A stretch of DNA of 64,000 nt from Calditrichia bacterium (GTDB lineage Bacteria; Calditrichota; Calditrichia; JAJRVZ01), in assembly GCA_963796965.1 (NCBI GenBank), contig CAWCNS010000004.1, positions 512,001 to 576,000 of the forward strand, read 5' to 3'. Below are positions 30,914 to 40,971 of the stretch, one piece after another. Under the pieces are notes generated by a model, which saw only the letters and a list, made by a program, of their open reading frames with translations, had not been told where the DNA came from and searched no databases. Each line of letters opens with the position of its first letter. Within the stretch, counting starts at the first letter, position 1. The position numbers and the translations under genes are program-made.

Positions 30914-33478
30914 ATGAAGACGCCTAAAATTTATGCAAAAAAGTTGTTTTGTAATATGCACATTTTATGTGCTTTTGTTTTTCTATCATTCTGCCAGGTA
31001 CTTAAAGCAGACGAACCTTTGATCGTGCATGACATAGATAAGGGAATTGTCAGCATCCGTAGCGGCGAAGGTCTCTTGCTGTTTAGAATAAAATATAATG
31101 ATGGATGTTTTTTCGACTGGGTAGAAGTTAGGGGAAGGCAAGTGATTGATCCCGAAAAAGGCGTCTTTTCAGCTTTCAAAATTGACGGACAATGGTATTC
31201 CACCCGGGATAAAAACATACTACCACGTGTGACGGTGAATGGGGATACGTTATCGGTCGACAACCTACGCTACGGAAGTAAGAATTATTTCGTAGAAGAG
31301 AGCTGGAAACTAATCACCTTTCAGGATGCCATCGAATGGCATATCCAAAGACGAACAAAAGGTGTTGGTGTGCTCGAGGATGCTGCTAATGCCGAGTGGG
31401 TGTTTCCCGACATGCAAATGTGGACAGGTGCTATTCTTGATAACGGTGGCGTGGCCTGGAACAGGTTGTTGGAAGGGAAAAATATGACATATGGTTCCCA
31501 TACCGGAAAGGTATTGTTTTGGAATAAGACCAATGACCATTGTCTTGAAATCGATCCAACTGAATTCGGAGACCAGCATATAGCAACACGCTTTACCCAC
31601 AACTCAGATGATACCCATAGTTTTGTCCATACCCTCAGTGATTCTGTTCTTGAGACCAGGGTGAATTTGAGTCGTTTTCTTCCTGATAGCCAGGCGTTAT
31701 GGAAACCGTTTCGTATCAATAACGAAACGAAAAGGGTGACTTACCGCATTTCAACTCCCAGCTATAAAAGCCGTTTTGACCTTGGGGAATTTAAAGGTGT
31801 GGACGAGGATGTTATACGCGAAATACTAAACACTATTACCCGATACGGTGTGATCGATAGTAAACATTGTGGGGCCAATGGCTGGCGTACGGGATATATC
31901 TGCTTGCACGAGCAGTGGTATGCCCAAATGGCGATGGCTATTCAGGACGAAAGTTACACACGCAACGTGAGTGCGACCTATGATCATTTCAGAGATCATG
32001 CCGTACTTTCGGATGGTCGCGTGTTGGCGAGATTTAAGGATAATGATCACGATGCTATGGATGGAACATATACGGAGAAGGGGTTCTACGAGGCGGAATG
32101 GGGATATTTGCTGGATAGCCAACCCGATTATGTAATGGTGGTGGCAGAGCAGTTTCATAACACCGGCGACTTGAACTGGGTAAGGGGACAGAAGGAAACA
32201 TGCGAAGCGGCCTTGGAGTACCTGCTGAAACGTGATAGTGATGGAGATGGGCTATTAGAGATGATTAATCAGTCTCATGAAGATAAGCAGGGTAGTGATT
32301 GGATAGATATCGTCTGGGCTGCTCATGAAAATGCGTTAGTAAATGCAGAAATGTATGGGGCGATGATCCTATGGGCTGAGGTGGAAGATATTCTGGGAGA
32401 TCAATTCAGGGCGGATCGCTATCGAAATGCAGCGGCAAAACTAAAGGAGAGCTTCAATAAAGATATAAATGATGGTGGCTTTTGGAATCCAGAAGAGAAA
32501 TGGTATGTGTATTGGCGTGATATAGATGAATCGGTTCATGGGGACAACCTGGTGATTCCTGTAAATTTTAGTGCGATAGGGTATGGGTTGTGTGATGATG
32601 AGGTACGTCGGTCTGAGTTGTTAGATGTACTGGAAGCGGCAATGCTTGGGGAAGACTTATTTTCCTGGCCATTATGCATATATTCTTACGAAAAGGAAGA
32701 AGTCAGAGTCCCTCACAACTATCCATTTCCAAAATACGAAAATGGTGATATTTTCTTATCCTGGGTTGAACTTGGAACCCGATCATATGCTGAATACGAT
32801 CCAGCTATTGCTATGAAATATATTGGCAATATCATCGAGCAGTATAACAAGGACAATTTAGCCCATCAGCGTTACGCGCGGATATCCCAGAGTGGTTTGG
32901 GTAGTGATATTCTTGCTGGGAATGGCATGGTTGCTGTGGGTTTGTATCGTAATATATTCGGCATACAACCGCAGTACAATCGGCTGTATCTTGAACCGCA
33001 TTTGACGGAAGCATTAAACAACACGATGGTGCGATACAACTTGCGGGGCACTGACTACCGTATTGTTTTGAAAACCGATCAATACCAAATATTGGCCAAC
33101 AATTTTACTATAAACGCCAGCCGGGCCTTCGGTATGAACGCCAATAATACGCGGTTGGAATACTATGAGGGCAAAAGCAGTACACCCCGCTTGAGCTTTG
33201 AAAGAGCCGTGATGAGCGACTTGCATGTTGGCATTTTTAAAGAGAGTGATGACGGCCTGCCGGTTTGGACTCTTCAAAGTGAAAAACCTCTTATTTTGAC
33301 GCAAATCGTTTACGGCCTGGCATCTGGTGTGAAATATTGCTTGCACGTAGGATCTGAGGTTCTTGAAGAAAAAGTTGCTGATGCAAAGGGGAGTGTATCT
33401 TTTCCGTTAAATCTGGCACCTGGACTCGAAAAACATATCAGGTTGGTGGCTGTCGGCTTAGATAAGAGACAGGAATAG
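30914..33478 (+). CDS. Exported six-hairpin (alpha/alpha)6 glycosidase-like protein (GH116/GH63/amylo-1,6-glucosidase-like)
   Basis: Signal peptide; TGDLNWV, LKRDSDGDGLLE, SDWIDIV, ENALVNAEMY, YENGDIF, FGIQP..LYLEPHL. Confidence 0.6.
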   Translation: MKTPKIYAKKLFCNMHILCAFVFLSFCQVLKADEPLIVHDIDKGIVSIRSGEGLLLFRIKYNDGCFFDWVEVRGRQVIDPEKGVFSAFKIDGQWYSTRDKNILPRVTVNGDTLSVDNLRYGSKNYFVEESWKLITFQDAIEWHIQRRTKGVGVLEDAANAEWVFPDMQMWTGAILDNGGVAWNRLLEGKNMTYGSHTGKVLFWNKTNDHCLEIDPTEFGDQHIATRFTHNSDDTHSFVHTLSDSVLETRVNLSRFLPDSQALWKPFRINNETKRVTYRISTPSYKSRFDLGEFKGVDEDVIREILNTITRYGVIDSKHCGANGWRTGYICLHEQWYAQMAMAIQDESYTRNVSATYDHFRDHAVLSDGRVLARFKDNDHDAMDGTYTEKGFYEAEWGYLLDSQPDYVMVVAEQFHNTGDLNWVRGQKETCEAALEYLLKRDSDGDGLLEMINQSHEDKQGSDWIDIVWAAHENALVNAEMYGAMILWAEVEDILGDQFRADRYRNAAAKLKESFNKDINDGGFWNPEEKWYVYWRDIDESVHGDNLVIPVNFSAIGYGLCDDEVRRSELLDVLEAAMLGEDLFSWPLCIYSYEKEEVRVPHNYPFPKYENGDIFLSWVELGTRSYAEYDPAIAMKYIGNIIEQYNKDNLAHQRYARISQSGLGSDILAGNGMVAVGLYRNIFGIQPQYNRLYLEPHLTEALNNTMVRYNLRGTDYRIVLKTDQYQILANNFTINASRAFGMNANNTRLEYYEGKSSTPRLSFERAVMSDLHVGIFKESDDGLPVWTLQSEKPLILTQIVYGLASGVKYCLHVGSEVLEEKVADAKGSVSFPLNLAPGLEKHIRLVAVGLDKRQE

Positions 33479-33587
33479 GTCCTTTATAAATTACTCAAAA
33501 TCAGTTATGATATGATTTAGTTGTGGATGAAGCATAATAATTACCCATCAGAATTAACCGACGATAAAGCTGACAGGCAGAAATGGT

Positions 33588-35768
33588 ATGAATAAAAAAC
33601 ATGCTTTTGTATTGAGCAAGACCTTATTATCCCTGATATTGTTATTGGTTTTTCTAAATGGATGTGAACCATTTTCTAAACAACCGGTAGATTATGTGGA
33701 TCCTAATATAGGCACCATTGGCCATCTCCTGAGAGCCACGTCTCCCCTGGTTTATCTACCGCATAGCTCCATTCGCTTGGCACCATACACAACGCCCGGT
33801 ATCCGGGATCGATATCTCGCAGATAAAATATATGGTTTTCCTGTTGGTCTATCTTCTATAATGGCAACTACAGGTACTCTGACCATTGATGCAGAGAAGA
33901 ATGCTTCGAACTTTGACCATGATCTTGAAATAGTAACGCCGTATTACCATGCTGTGCTGCTTGAAGACTACGATATTGAGGTTGATTATTCGGTCACTGA
34001 ACACGCTGCTTTTTACCGGTTCATGTTTTCTGAAACTTCGCCTGCTAATATTTTGCTGCGTCTTCGCCGGGATGCGCATATTCAGATTCTTGGTAATAAC
34101 GTGATCGAGGGTTATGAAACTGCCTATAGAAGAGGTGTTGCAGGGAAGAAACTTTACTTTCATTGTGAGTTGAGTAAACCAATCGCATCATTTGGCACAT
34201 GGCGTGGCAAAAACATAACTCAGGGCGTAAAAGAACAGACAGGTGACAGCATAGGTGTGTTTGTAACTTTTCCAGTATCAGATGGCGAGCAAATCGATTT
34301 GAAAGTTGCATTCTCAGATCAAAGTGTTGAAGAAGCAGGTCAGTTTCTTGAGGATGAGATCTCATCCTTCAATTTTGAACAGGTTAAGAATCGGGCGAGG
34401 GATGTTTGGAATGAGGCTTTGAGTAAAATTAAAGTAACTGGTGGCAGCGAAAGAGAACGTACAATATTTTATACAGCCCTGTATCGTACTATGGGAAGAA
34501 AAGGGAATGTCTGGGACACTTATCGAAGTGCGTATCCACTTCAGACAATTATTGAACCTGAAACAAATCTGGAAGTCATACGTGGATTTGTACGAGAATA
34601 TAAAAAAACAGGTTGGATACCAAGCTCAGGAGCGATGATTGGCCATCATTCCACAGCAGTGATTTTGGATGCTTATATGAAAGGGATACGGGATTTCGAC
34701 ATTGAGAAGGCCTATGAAGGAACGAAGAAAAATGCCATGGAAGCAACCATGATACCCTGGCGCGACAGGGGGCCAATCACTGAACTTGAAAAGACCTATT
34801 TCGAAAAAGGATTCTTCCCTGCTTTGCCACTAGGAGAAGATGAATGGGTACCCCAGGTGCACAGTTTTGAAAGACGGCAATCGGTTGCTGTGACGCTTGA
34901 ACATTGTTATGATGATTGGTGTCTGGCAGAAATGGCCAAAGCCCTAGGTAAAAAGAATGATTATGAATATTTCAAGCAGCGTGCCCATAATTATCAGAAT
35001 CTTTATGATGTCCGTATAGGCTTTATGGCGCCAAAAACAGCAGATGGAAAATGGATTGAGCCGTTTGATCCAAAATTATCAGGAGGACAGGGTGGCCGGG
35101 CTTATTTTGCCGAGTGCAATTCATGGACGTATACCTGGCATGTACAACACGATGTACAAGGTTTGATTAATCTGATGGGGGGGAGAGAGCAATTTGTTGA
35201 TAGATTAGATGCCCTTTTTGTTGAGCAATATGATATGTTAAAGTTCCTATTTTTAAACCAGTTCCCAGATGCGACGGGATTGATTGGTCAATATGCTCAA
35301 GGAAATGAACCTAGCTTTCACATTCCATATTTATATAATTATGCCGGAACACCTTGGAAGACCCAACGTCGTGTACGCGAGATAATGAAAGTATGGTATG
35401 ATGATGATCCGTTGGGGATATGTGGCGATGAAGATGGGGGAGCAATGTCTGCCTGGTATGTTTTTAGTGCCATGGGATTCTATCCGGTTTGTCCCGGTCG
35501 TCCTCTCTATGATATTGGAAGTCCGATATTTGAGAAAGTCACCATTAATGTTGCTGATGGCAAAACCTTCATCATTGAGGCGAAGGATGTATCTTCAAAG
35601 AATAAATATATTCAATCGGCCACTTTGAACGGTGAGACATTGAACAAACCGTGGTTTGAACATAGCACAATTGTAAATGGAGGAAAACTGATCCTGAAAA
35701 TGGGAGACAGACCGAATAAGGAGTGGGGCAACGCACCTGAGGCCGCTCCACCATCTATGTCCTTTTAA
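33588..35768 (+). CDS. GH92 alpha-mannosidase family lipoprotein
   Basis: VDYVDPNIGT, FYTALY, WDTYR, TLEHCYDDW, FAECNSWTY, GNEPSFHIPYLY, GDEDGGAMSAW, NKYIQSATLNG. Confidence 0.92.
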   Translation: MNKKHAFVLSKTLLSLILLLVFLNGCEPFSKQPVDYVDPNIGTIGHLLRATSPLVYLPHSSIRLAPYTTPGIRDRYLADKIYGFPVGLSSIMATTGTLTIDAEKNASNFDHDLEIVTPYYHAVLLEDYDIEVDYSVTEHAAFYRFMFSETSPANILLRLRRDAHIQILGNNVIEGYETAYRRGVAGKKLYFHCELSKPIASFGTWRGKNITQGVKEQTGDSIGVFVTFPVSDGEQIDLKVAFSDQSVEEAGQFLEDEISSFNFEQVKNRARDVWNEALSKIKVTGGSERERTIFYTALYRTMGRKGNVWDTYRSAYPLQTIIEPETNLEVIRGFVREYKKTGWIPSSGAMIGHHSTAVILDAYMKGIRDFDIEKAYEGTKKNAMEATMIPWRDRGPITELEKTYFEKGFFPALPLGEDEWVPQVHSFERRQSVAVTLEHCYDDWCLAEMAKALGKKNDYEYFKQRAHNYQNLYDVRIGFMAPKTADGKWIEPFDPKLSGGQGGRAYFAECNSWTYTWHVQHDVQGLINLMGGREQFVDRLDALFVEQYDMLKFLFLNQFPDATGLIGQYAQGNEPSFHIPYLYNYAGTPWKTQRRVREIMKVWYDDDPLGICGDEDGGAMSAWYVFSAMGFYPVCPGRPLYDIGSPIFEKVTINVADGKTFIIEAKDVSSKNKYIQSATLNGETLNKPWFEHSTIVNGGKLILKMGDRPNKEWGNAPEAAPPSMSF

Positions 35769-35849
35769 CTGAAAGTCGAGCGAGGGTTGAAATTTATAAA
35801 CAAGGTATGCTTCAACGGTAAAATATTATAATTACTAAAGGAGGGTAAA

Positions 35850-37190
35850 GTGAGATATCAAGTAGTTTTGCTTAGGATAGTCTTCCTGACAGGCCTGTCC
35901 TTTTTTCTGGCAAATTGTAATGATCCTCAGACAGAAGAAATCAACCCGATTTTGATTAATGGAGAGCCGAGGTTTATCATCGGAAACTATCATAATCCTC
36001 AGGATCCAGATGAATTAAAGAGATATGCGGAAAATGGGTTTAATCTTGTACGTTGTGCACCTGATGTGGCCGATCTGGATATGGTCAAAGAGGCAGGCCT
36101 TTATGCCTGGTTGAATACCGGTAGTCTGATTGATTTTTCAACGGATCAGGCTACACGTAAAGAAAAACTGACGGATCTGGTCAACGGTTTCAAAGATCAT
36201 CCGGCTTTAGCAATATGGGAAGTTCCCGACGAAGCGCTATGGAACCTGGCATACCCTGTACTTGATCGATTGTTTTATGCTCCACAATGGTCAGAGGAGC
36301 AACAAGACAGTATCCTGCAGATTCTAGCTAATACAATACCGAAAACAGCTGAAGGGATTTCTGAAGGAAGTATCTATTTGAGGCATCTCGATCCTCTGCA
36401 CCCCGTCTGGATGAACCATGCCCCACGAAATACACCTGATCAACTGCGTCTCTTTTCAAAATCAGCAGATATTGTCGGGTGTGATATTTATCCGGAAAAA
36501 GAAGGAGTGACCGGGCATAGTGATATCAGAGATCACAGTCTGTCAGCTGTCGGCGGGTATACGGATATCATGCAAAATTCAGCACCGGGCAAGCCAATTT
36601 GGATGGTTTTGCAGGCTTTTTCGTGGGAATTATTAAAGGATCCGATTCCGGAGCAATTAAATCCTCAGTTGTTCCCCTCCTATAAAGATTCTCGTTTTAT
36701 GGCCTGGGATGCTATCTTACATGGAGCAAAGGGGATTCTATATTGGGGATCATATAAAGTGAGTACCAAATCACTTTTTTGGGAATCTATATTGGGCGTG
36801 ACCAAAGAGATTTCTGCTCTCGAATCTTTTTTAACCGGAAAAGAATTAAAAGACAGGATAAAAGTGGCGCCTATCCAATTTACTTCTTCCGTACCAACGC
36901 GCGTTGCCTCTACACTCAGAAAATTTAAAGAGGACTATCTATTAGTGGTCATGCAGGAAGATTTGAGACAACCAATCTCTGTTTCAGAATTAGACTTTCT
37001 GGAAGGAAAGAGGCTTTATGAATTGACCACCGATCGGAATTATTTGGTGAAGAATGGAAAGATCAGAGTTTGGTTTGGGAAAGAACCACATGTATTATGT
37101 ACATCACGCAAGTATGATGTCGTGCATGAGTCGCAGTTCGCACTCGAGTGGGATAATAAAGATAATTTCCCCTTAAATGAGAAAAGATAA
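35850..37190 (+). CDS. Lipoprotein, putative clan GH-A-like TIM-barrel glycoside hydrolase; paralog of 54398-55696
   Basis: Lipobox LANC; GFNLV, HPALAIWEVPDE, DIVGCDIYP, WMVLQAFSW, RFMAWDAILHGAKGILYWG. Confidence 0.6.
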   Translation: MRYQVVLLRIVFLTGLSFFLANCNDPQTEEINPILINGEPRFIIGNYHNPQDPDELKRYAENGFNLVRCAPDVADLDMVKEAGLYAWLNTGSLIDFSTDQATRKEKLTDLVNGFKDHPALAIWEVPDEALWNLAYPVLDRLFYAPQWSEEQQDSILQILANTIPKTAEGISEGSIYLRHLDPLHPVWMNHAPRNTPDQLRLFSKSADIVGCDIYPEKEGVTGHSDIRDHSLSAVGGYTDIMQNSAPGKPIWMVLQAFSWELLKDPIPEQLNPQLFPSYKDSRFMAWDAILHGAKGILYWGSYKVSTKSLFWESILGVTKEISALESFLTGKELKDRIKVAPIQFTSSVPTRVASTLRKFKEDYLLVVMQEDLRQPISVSELDFLEGKRLYELTTDRNYLVKNGKIRVWFGKEPHVLCTSRKYDVVHESQFALEWDNKDNFPLNEKR

Positions 37191-37257
37191 AATTATTGAG
37201 TCGTCCATTTCGGGCAGGGGCAGGCCATCGAGATGAATTAGCCAGGGTAGGATAAAA

Positions 37258-40200
37258 ATGAAAAACAATTATAAAACACTTTTTTTTCTTTTAGCATTAT
37301 CCTGTTTTACAGCCATTTTTGTAACAATCGGTGCTGCAGAACCATTAATCATCAAAAATTTGCGTTGTGAGTATCTTGAAAATCCCTTGGGTATCGATGT
37401 GCTTAATCCCCGTTTAAGTTGGATTATTGCATCCGATGAACGCGGTCAAATGCAGAAAGCTTATCAGGTTCTGGTTGCGTCCACTGAGGAATATCTTGCT
37501 AACGGTAGGGGTGATTTATGGGATTCAGGAAAGATTGATTCGGATCAATCCGTACATGTAGTTTATAAAGGCAAAAAACTTACATCGCAGACGTACTGTT
37601 TTTGGAAAGTACGTATCTGGGATAAAGACAACAACGTTTCATCATGGAGTAATCCGGCAACTTGGAGTATGGGCCTGTTAGAACCCTCGGATTGGACAGG
37701 GAAATGGATAGGTCTGGACACGCCCGGGATAAGCCAACATAATGATTTTCAATTTTCGAAATGGATATGGTTCCCCGGGGGCGACCCAGCTGAAAAAACC
37801 TCCCCCGGAACCTGCTATTTTCGAAGAACGGTTGTTATTCCGCAACATAAAAAAATCATAAATGCGGGTTACCTGATCACAGCGGATAACAGATTTGTAC
37901 TATACGTAAACGGGAAGATGGTTGCCAAGGGAGATAACGCTTCAAAAGGATACAATGTCAACGTGGCCAATCAACTGCATGTTGGAGATAATATTATAGC
38001 TGTAGCCGCCACCAACAGGGGACCAGAAGATAATTCTGCAGGATTGATCGGTGTATTACGGATCGAATTTCAAAAGGGAGATTCGCTTTTAGTGCCAATG
38101 GACATACACTGGCGGACCTTCGATAAAGAAATTTCCGGCTGGAAAAACCATGAATTCAACGATAATAAATGGGTAGAAGCACAGGAAATCGGAGACTGTG
38201 GTATTGGACCATGGGGCGATATATCCATAACCGATGTTCGTACGCGTCTACCTGCACGTTTGTTACGCCGTGATTTGAATATAAAAAAAACAGTCAAGCG
38301 CGCAACAGCCTATATTTGTGGATTAGGATTTTTCGATCTCTATCTGAATGGGAAAAAAGTTGGTGATCATATCATGGATCCTGGTTTAACCGAGTACAAC
38401 CAGAACGCTCTTTATGTGACTTTTGATATAACAGAACATCTATCCCAGAGCGAAAACACGATCAGTGTTATTCTGGGAAATGGGCGATTCTTTGCCCCCA
38501 GAACGTCCGCCCATCTCGACACACGCACCTACGGATTCCCTAAACTGCTTTTTCAAATGCACATCGCGTATGAGGACGGAACAGTTGAGGATGTGGTCAG
38601 CGACGAAAGTTGGAGTCTCACTACGGAGGGCCCAATTCGGTCAAACAATGAATATGATGGTGAAGAATATGATGCCCGTATGGAGCAGGAGGGCTGGGAC
38701 AGGCCTGGATTTGATTCGTCCGAATGGCAAAGGGCCCAATTGGTTGAGGCACCCAGAGGATTTTTACAGGCGCAAAAAATTGAACCAATGCGGATAACAC
38801 AGACGATTCGACCTGAGCGCATTACCAATCCAAAACCGGGCATATACCTGGTTGATATGGGGCAGGTGTTTTATGGTTCGGTTCGATTAACAGTCAACGG
38901 TCCGGCTGGGACACAAGTTCAAATACGTTCCGCTTATAGTTTAAAACCGGACGGTACTTTAAAAACTGAGGACAACCGTGGTGCACAGTGTACCGATCTT
39001 TATATCCTTAATGGTAAGGGTGAAGAAACCTGGCAGCCAAGATTCAAAGGACAGGGATTTCGGTTTATGGAAATAACAGGCTTTCCCGGAAAACCAACGG
39101 TGGATAATTTTGAAGGCCTTGTCATTCACACAGACATGGATAGCGTTGGTAGTTTCATCTGCTCAAATTCTCTGCTAAATCAACTTTACAGCAATGTGCG
39201 CTGGGGACAACGCATGTACCGACGCAGTGTACCCCTCGATCCTGATAGAGATGAAAGACAGGGATGGTTGGGCGATCCTGCTAAAGATGCAGAAAGCGAT
39301 GCCTATAATTTTAATGTCGCACTTTTTTATACCAAATGGCTGCAAGATATCCGTTTGGCCCAGCGTGAAAATGGCGAACTTCCGGATGTTGCACCGCCGT
39401 ATTATCCCTTTTATAGCGAAAGCATTGTTTGGCCCAGCGTCATAACCATCATTCCCGATTGGTTTTATAATTTTTATGGCGATAAGCAGATTTTAATCGA
39501 CAACTATGATAGCATGAAAAAGTGGATTCTTTATACTGTGAATCTTCATCAAAAACCGGACTTTACGATGGATAATAATCATTACGGCGACTGGTGCGAT
39601 GTCTCAACAATGGATCAGGGAACAAAAGAACCGTTTGGAGCCACTTCAAGGCCGCTCATTTCAACAGCTTATTTATATAATAATGCTAAGATTTTAGCAA
39701 GAACAGCTGAGGATTTTAGGGAGAGCAAAAGACGAATCTCATTTTGCTGATCTTGCAGAAAAAATAAAAGTTGGTTTCAATACGCGTTTTTTCAATACAC
39801 AGACCAATACCTACGAAAGCAGCACCCAGTGTTCTTATGTGCTGCCCTTGGTGTTTGGGCTGGTACCACAAGAAAAGCGGGATTTGGTCGTTAAGAACCT
39901 GGTCGAGGATATTATGGTCAGGCAAAACGGCCACCTCTCTGTTGGCCTGATCGGTATGCAATGGTTGATGCAGACGCTTACAGATATAGGCCATCCGGAA
40001 GTCGCTTACACAATTGCTACTCAGACCACCCGGCCCAGTTGGGGCTATATGATTTCAAAAGGAGCGACAACGATCTGGGAACGATGGGATACCGATACCC
40101 GAGATCCCGGTATGAACAGCGAAGCCCTGTTGATGCTGGCAGGTAATCTGGAAGCCTGGTTTTACCAGACGTTGGCCGGCATCAATTATGATCCCAAGCA

Positions 40201-40522
40201 GCCGGGTTTTAAACATATTATTCTGCGGCCACAACCGGTTGGTGATTTGACATTTGTCAAATCTTCTTTCAAATCGTTATACGGCACAATTATAAGTGAG
40301 TGGAAAATTGACCGGGAGTCATTCATCTGGAATTTTACTATTCCGGCAAATACAACTGCGACGATTTACATCCCTACGGAAGATGCAAAAAGCGTCCGCG
40401 AAAGCGGGCAGGCGGCGGCAGAATCAAAGGAAATTAAATTTCTGCGTATGGAAGACGGTGCGGCCGTTTATAAGGTAGGTTCTGGGGAATATGTGTTTGT
40501 ATCGGTTGTAAAAGCCCTTTGA
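37258..40522 (+). CDS. GH78 alpha-L-rhamnosidase family protein (+1 frameshift near 39711)
   Basis: LRCEYLENPLGID..PRLSW, LWDSGK, YDGEEYDAR, RDERQGWLGD, YGDW, GATTIWERW; deleting one G gives RTAEILGRAKDESHFADLAEKIK. Confidence 0.9.
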
Positions 40523-40591
40523 GGGTCGGGAAACTGGTAATAATCGGTAGTGTCATCCCGATAAATCGGAATATGAAAAAATGAAAAAAAG

Positions 40592-40938
40592 AATAAACCA
40601 TCCCGTATCACTTAGCTCCGCCAGCCTTTACGGGACAGGCAGAACCCTCAGAGAAATACTCTGAGTTATTTAGAATAATAGAAAACCAGAAGAAGTGATA
40701 GAAAAATGATTTAATTGCTTTATAAATAAAATTTCAATGGTGTTTATGATATCCAACTGTAGATTTATCTATTGTTTGAGGATCAGTAAGTTAAAATCGT
40801 ATTAAATAATATTGTTGAATTCATGGAATCGGAATACATAATGAAATATAATTTAGGGATTACAGAGAAGGAGAAGGAATTTGATTCATTTAAGTCAATA
40901 ATTATTAAATATTTACTCTGTGTTCTCTGGGGTTATTT
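40592..40938. repeat. Intergenic inverted-arm element (CACAGAG-type units) whose left arm is interrupted by a TCCCGTA..TACGGGA hairpin
   Basis: Right arm CTCTGTGTTCTCTGGGGTT (40916-40934); left AAACCA-[40601-40640]-AGAACCCTCAGAGAAATACTCTGAG. Confidence 0.5.
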
Positions 40939-40971
40939 TTTACATAGCCTAATAATCGAAGCGGAGAACAA

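Noticed and set aside
30914..33478. Impression of different base and codon usage suggesting recent acquisition
   Set aside because: Not quantifiable without computation; left unclaimed
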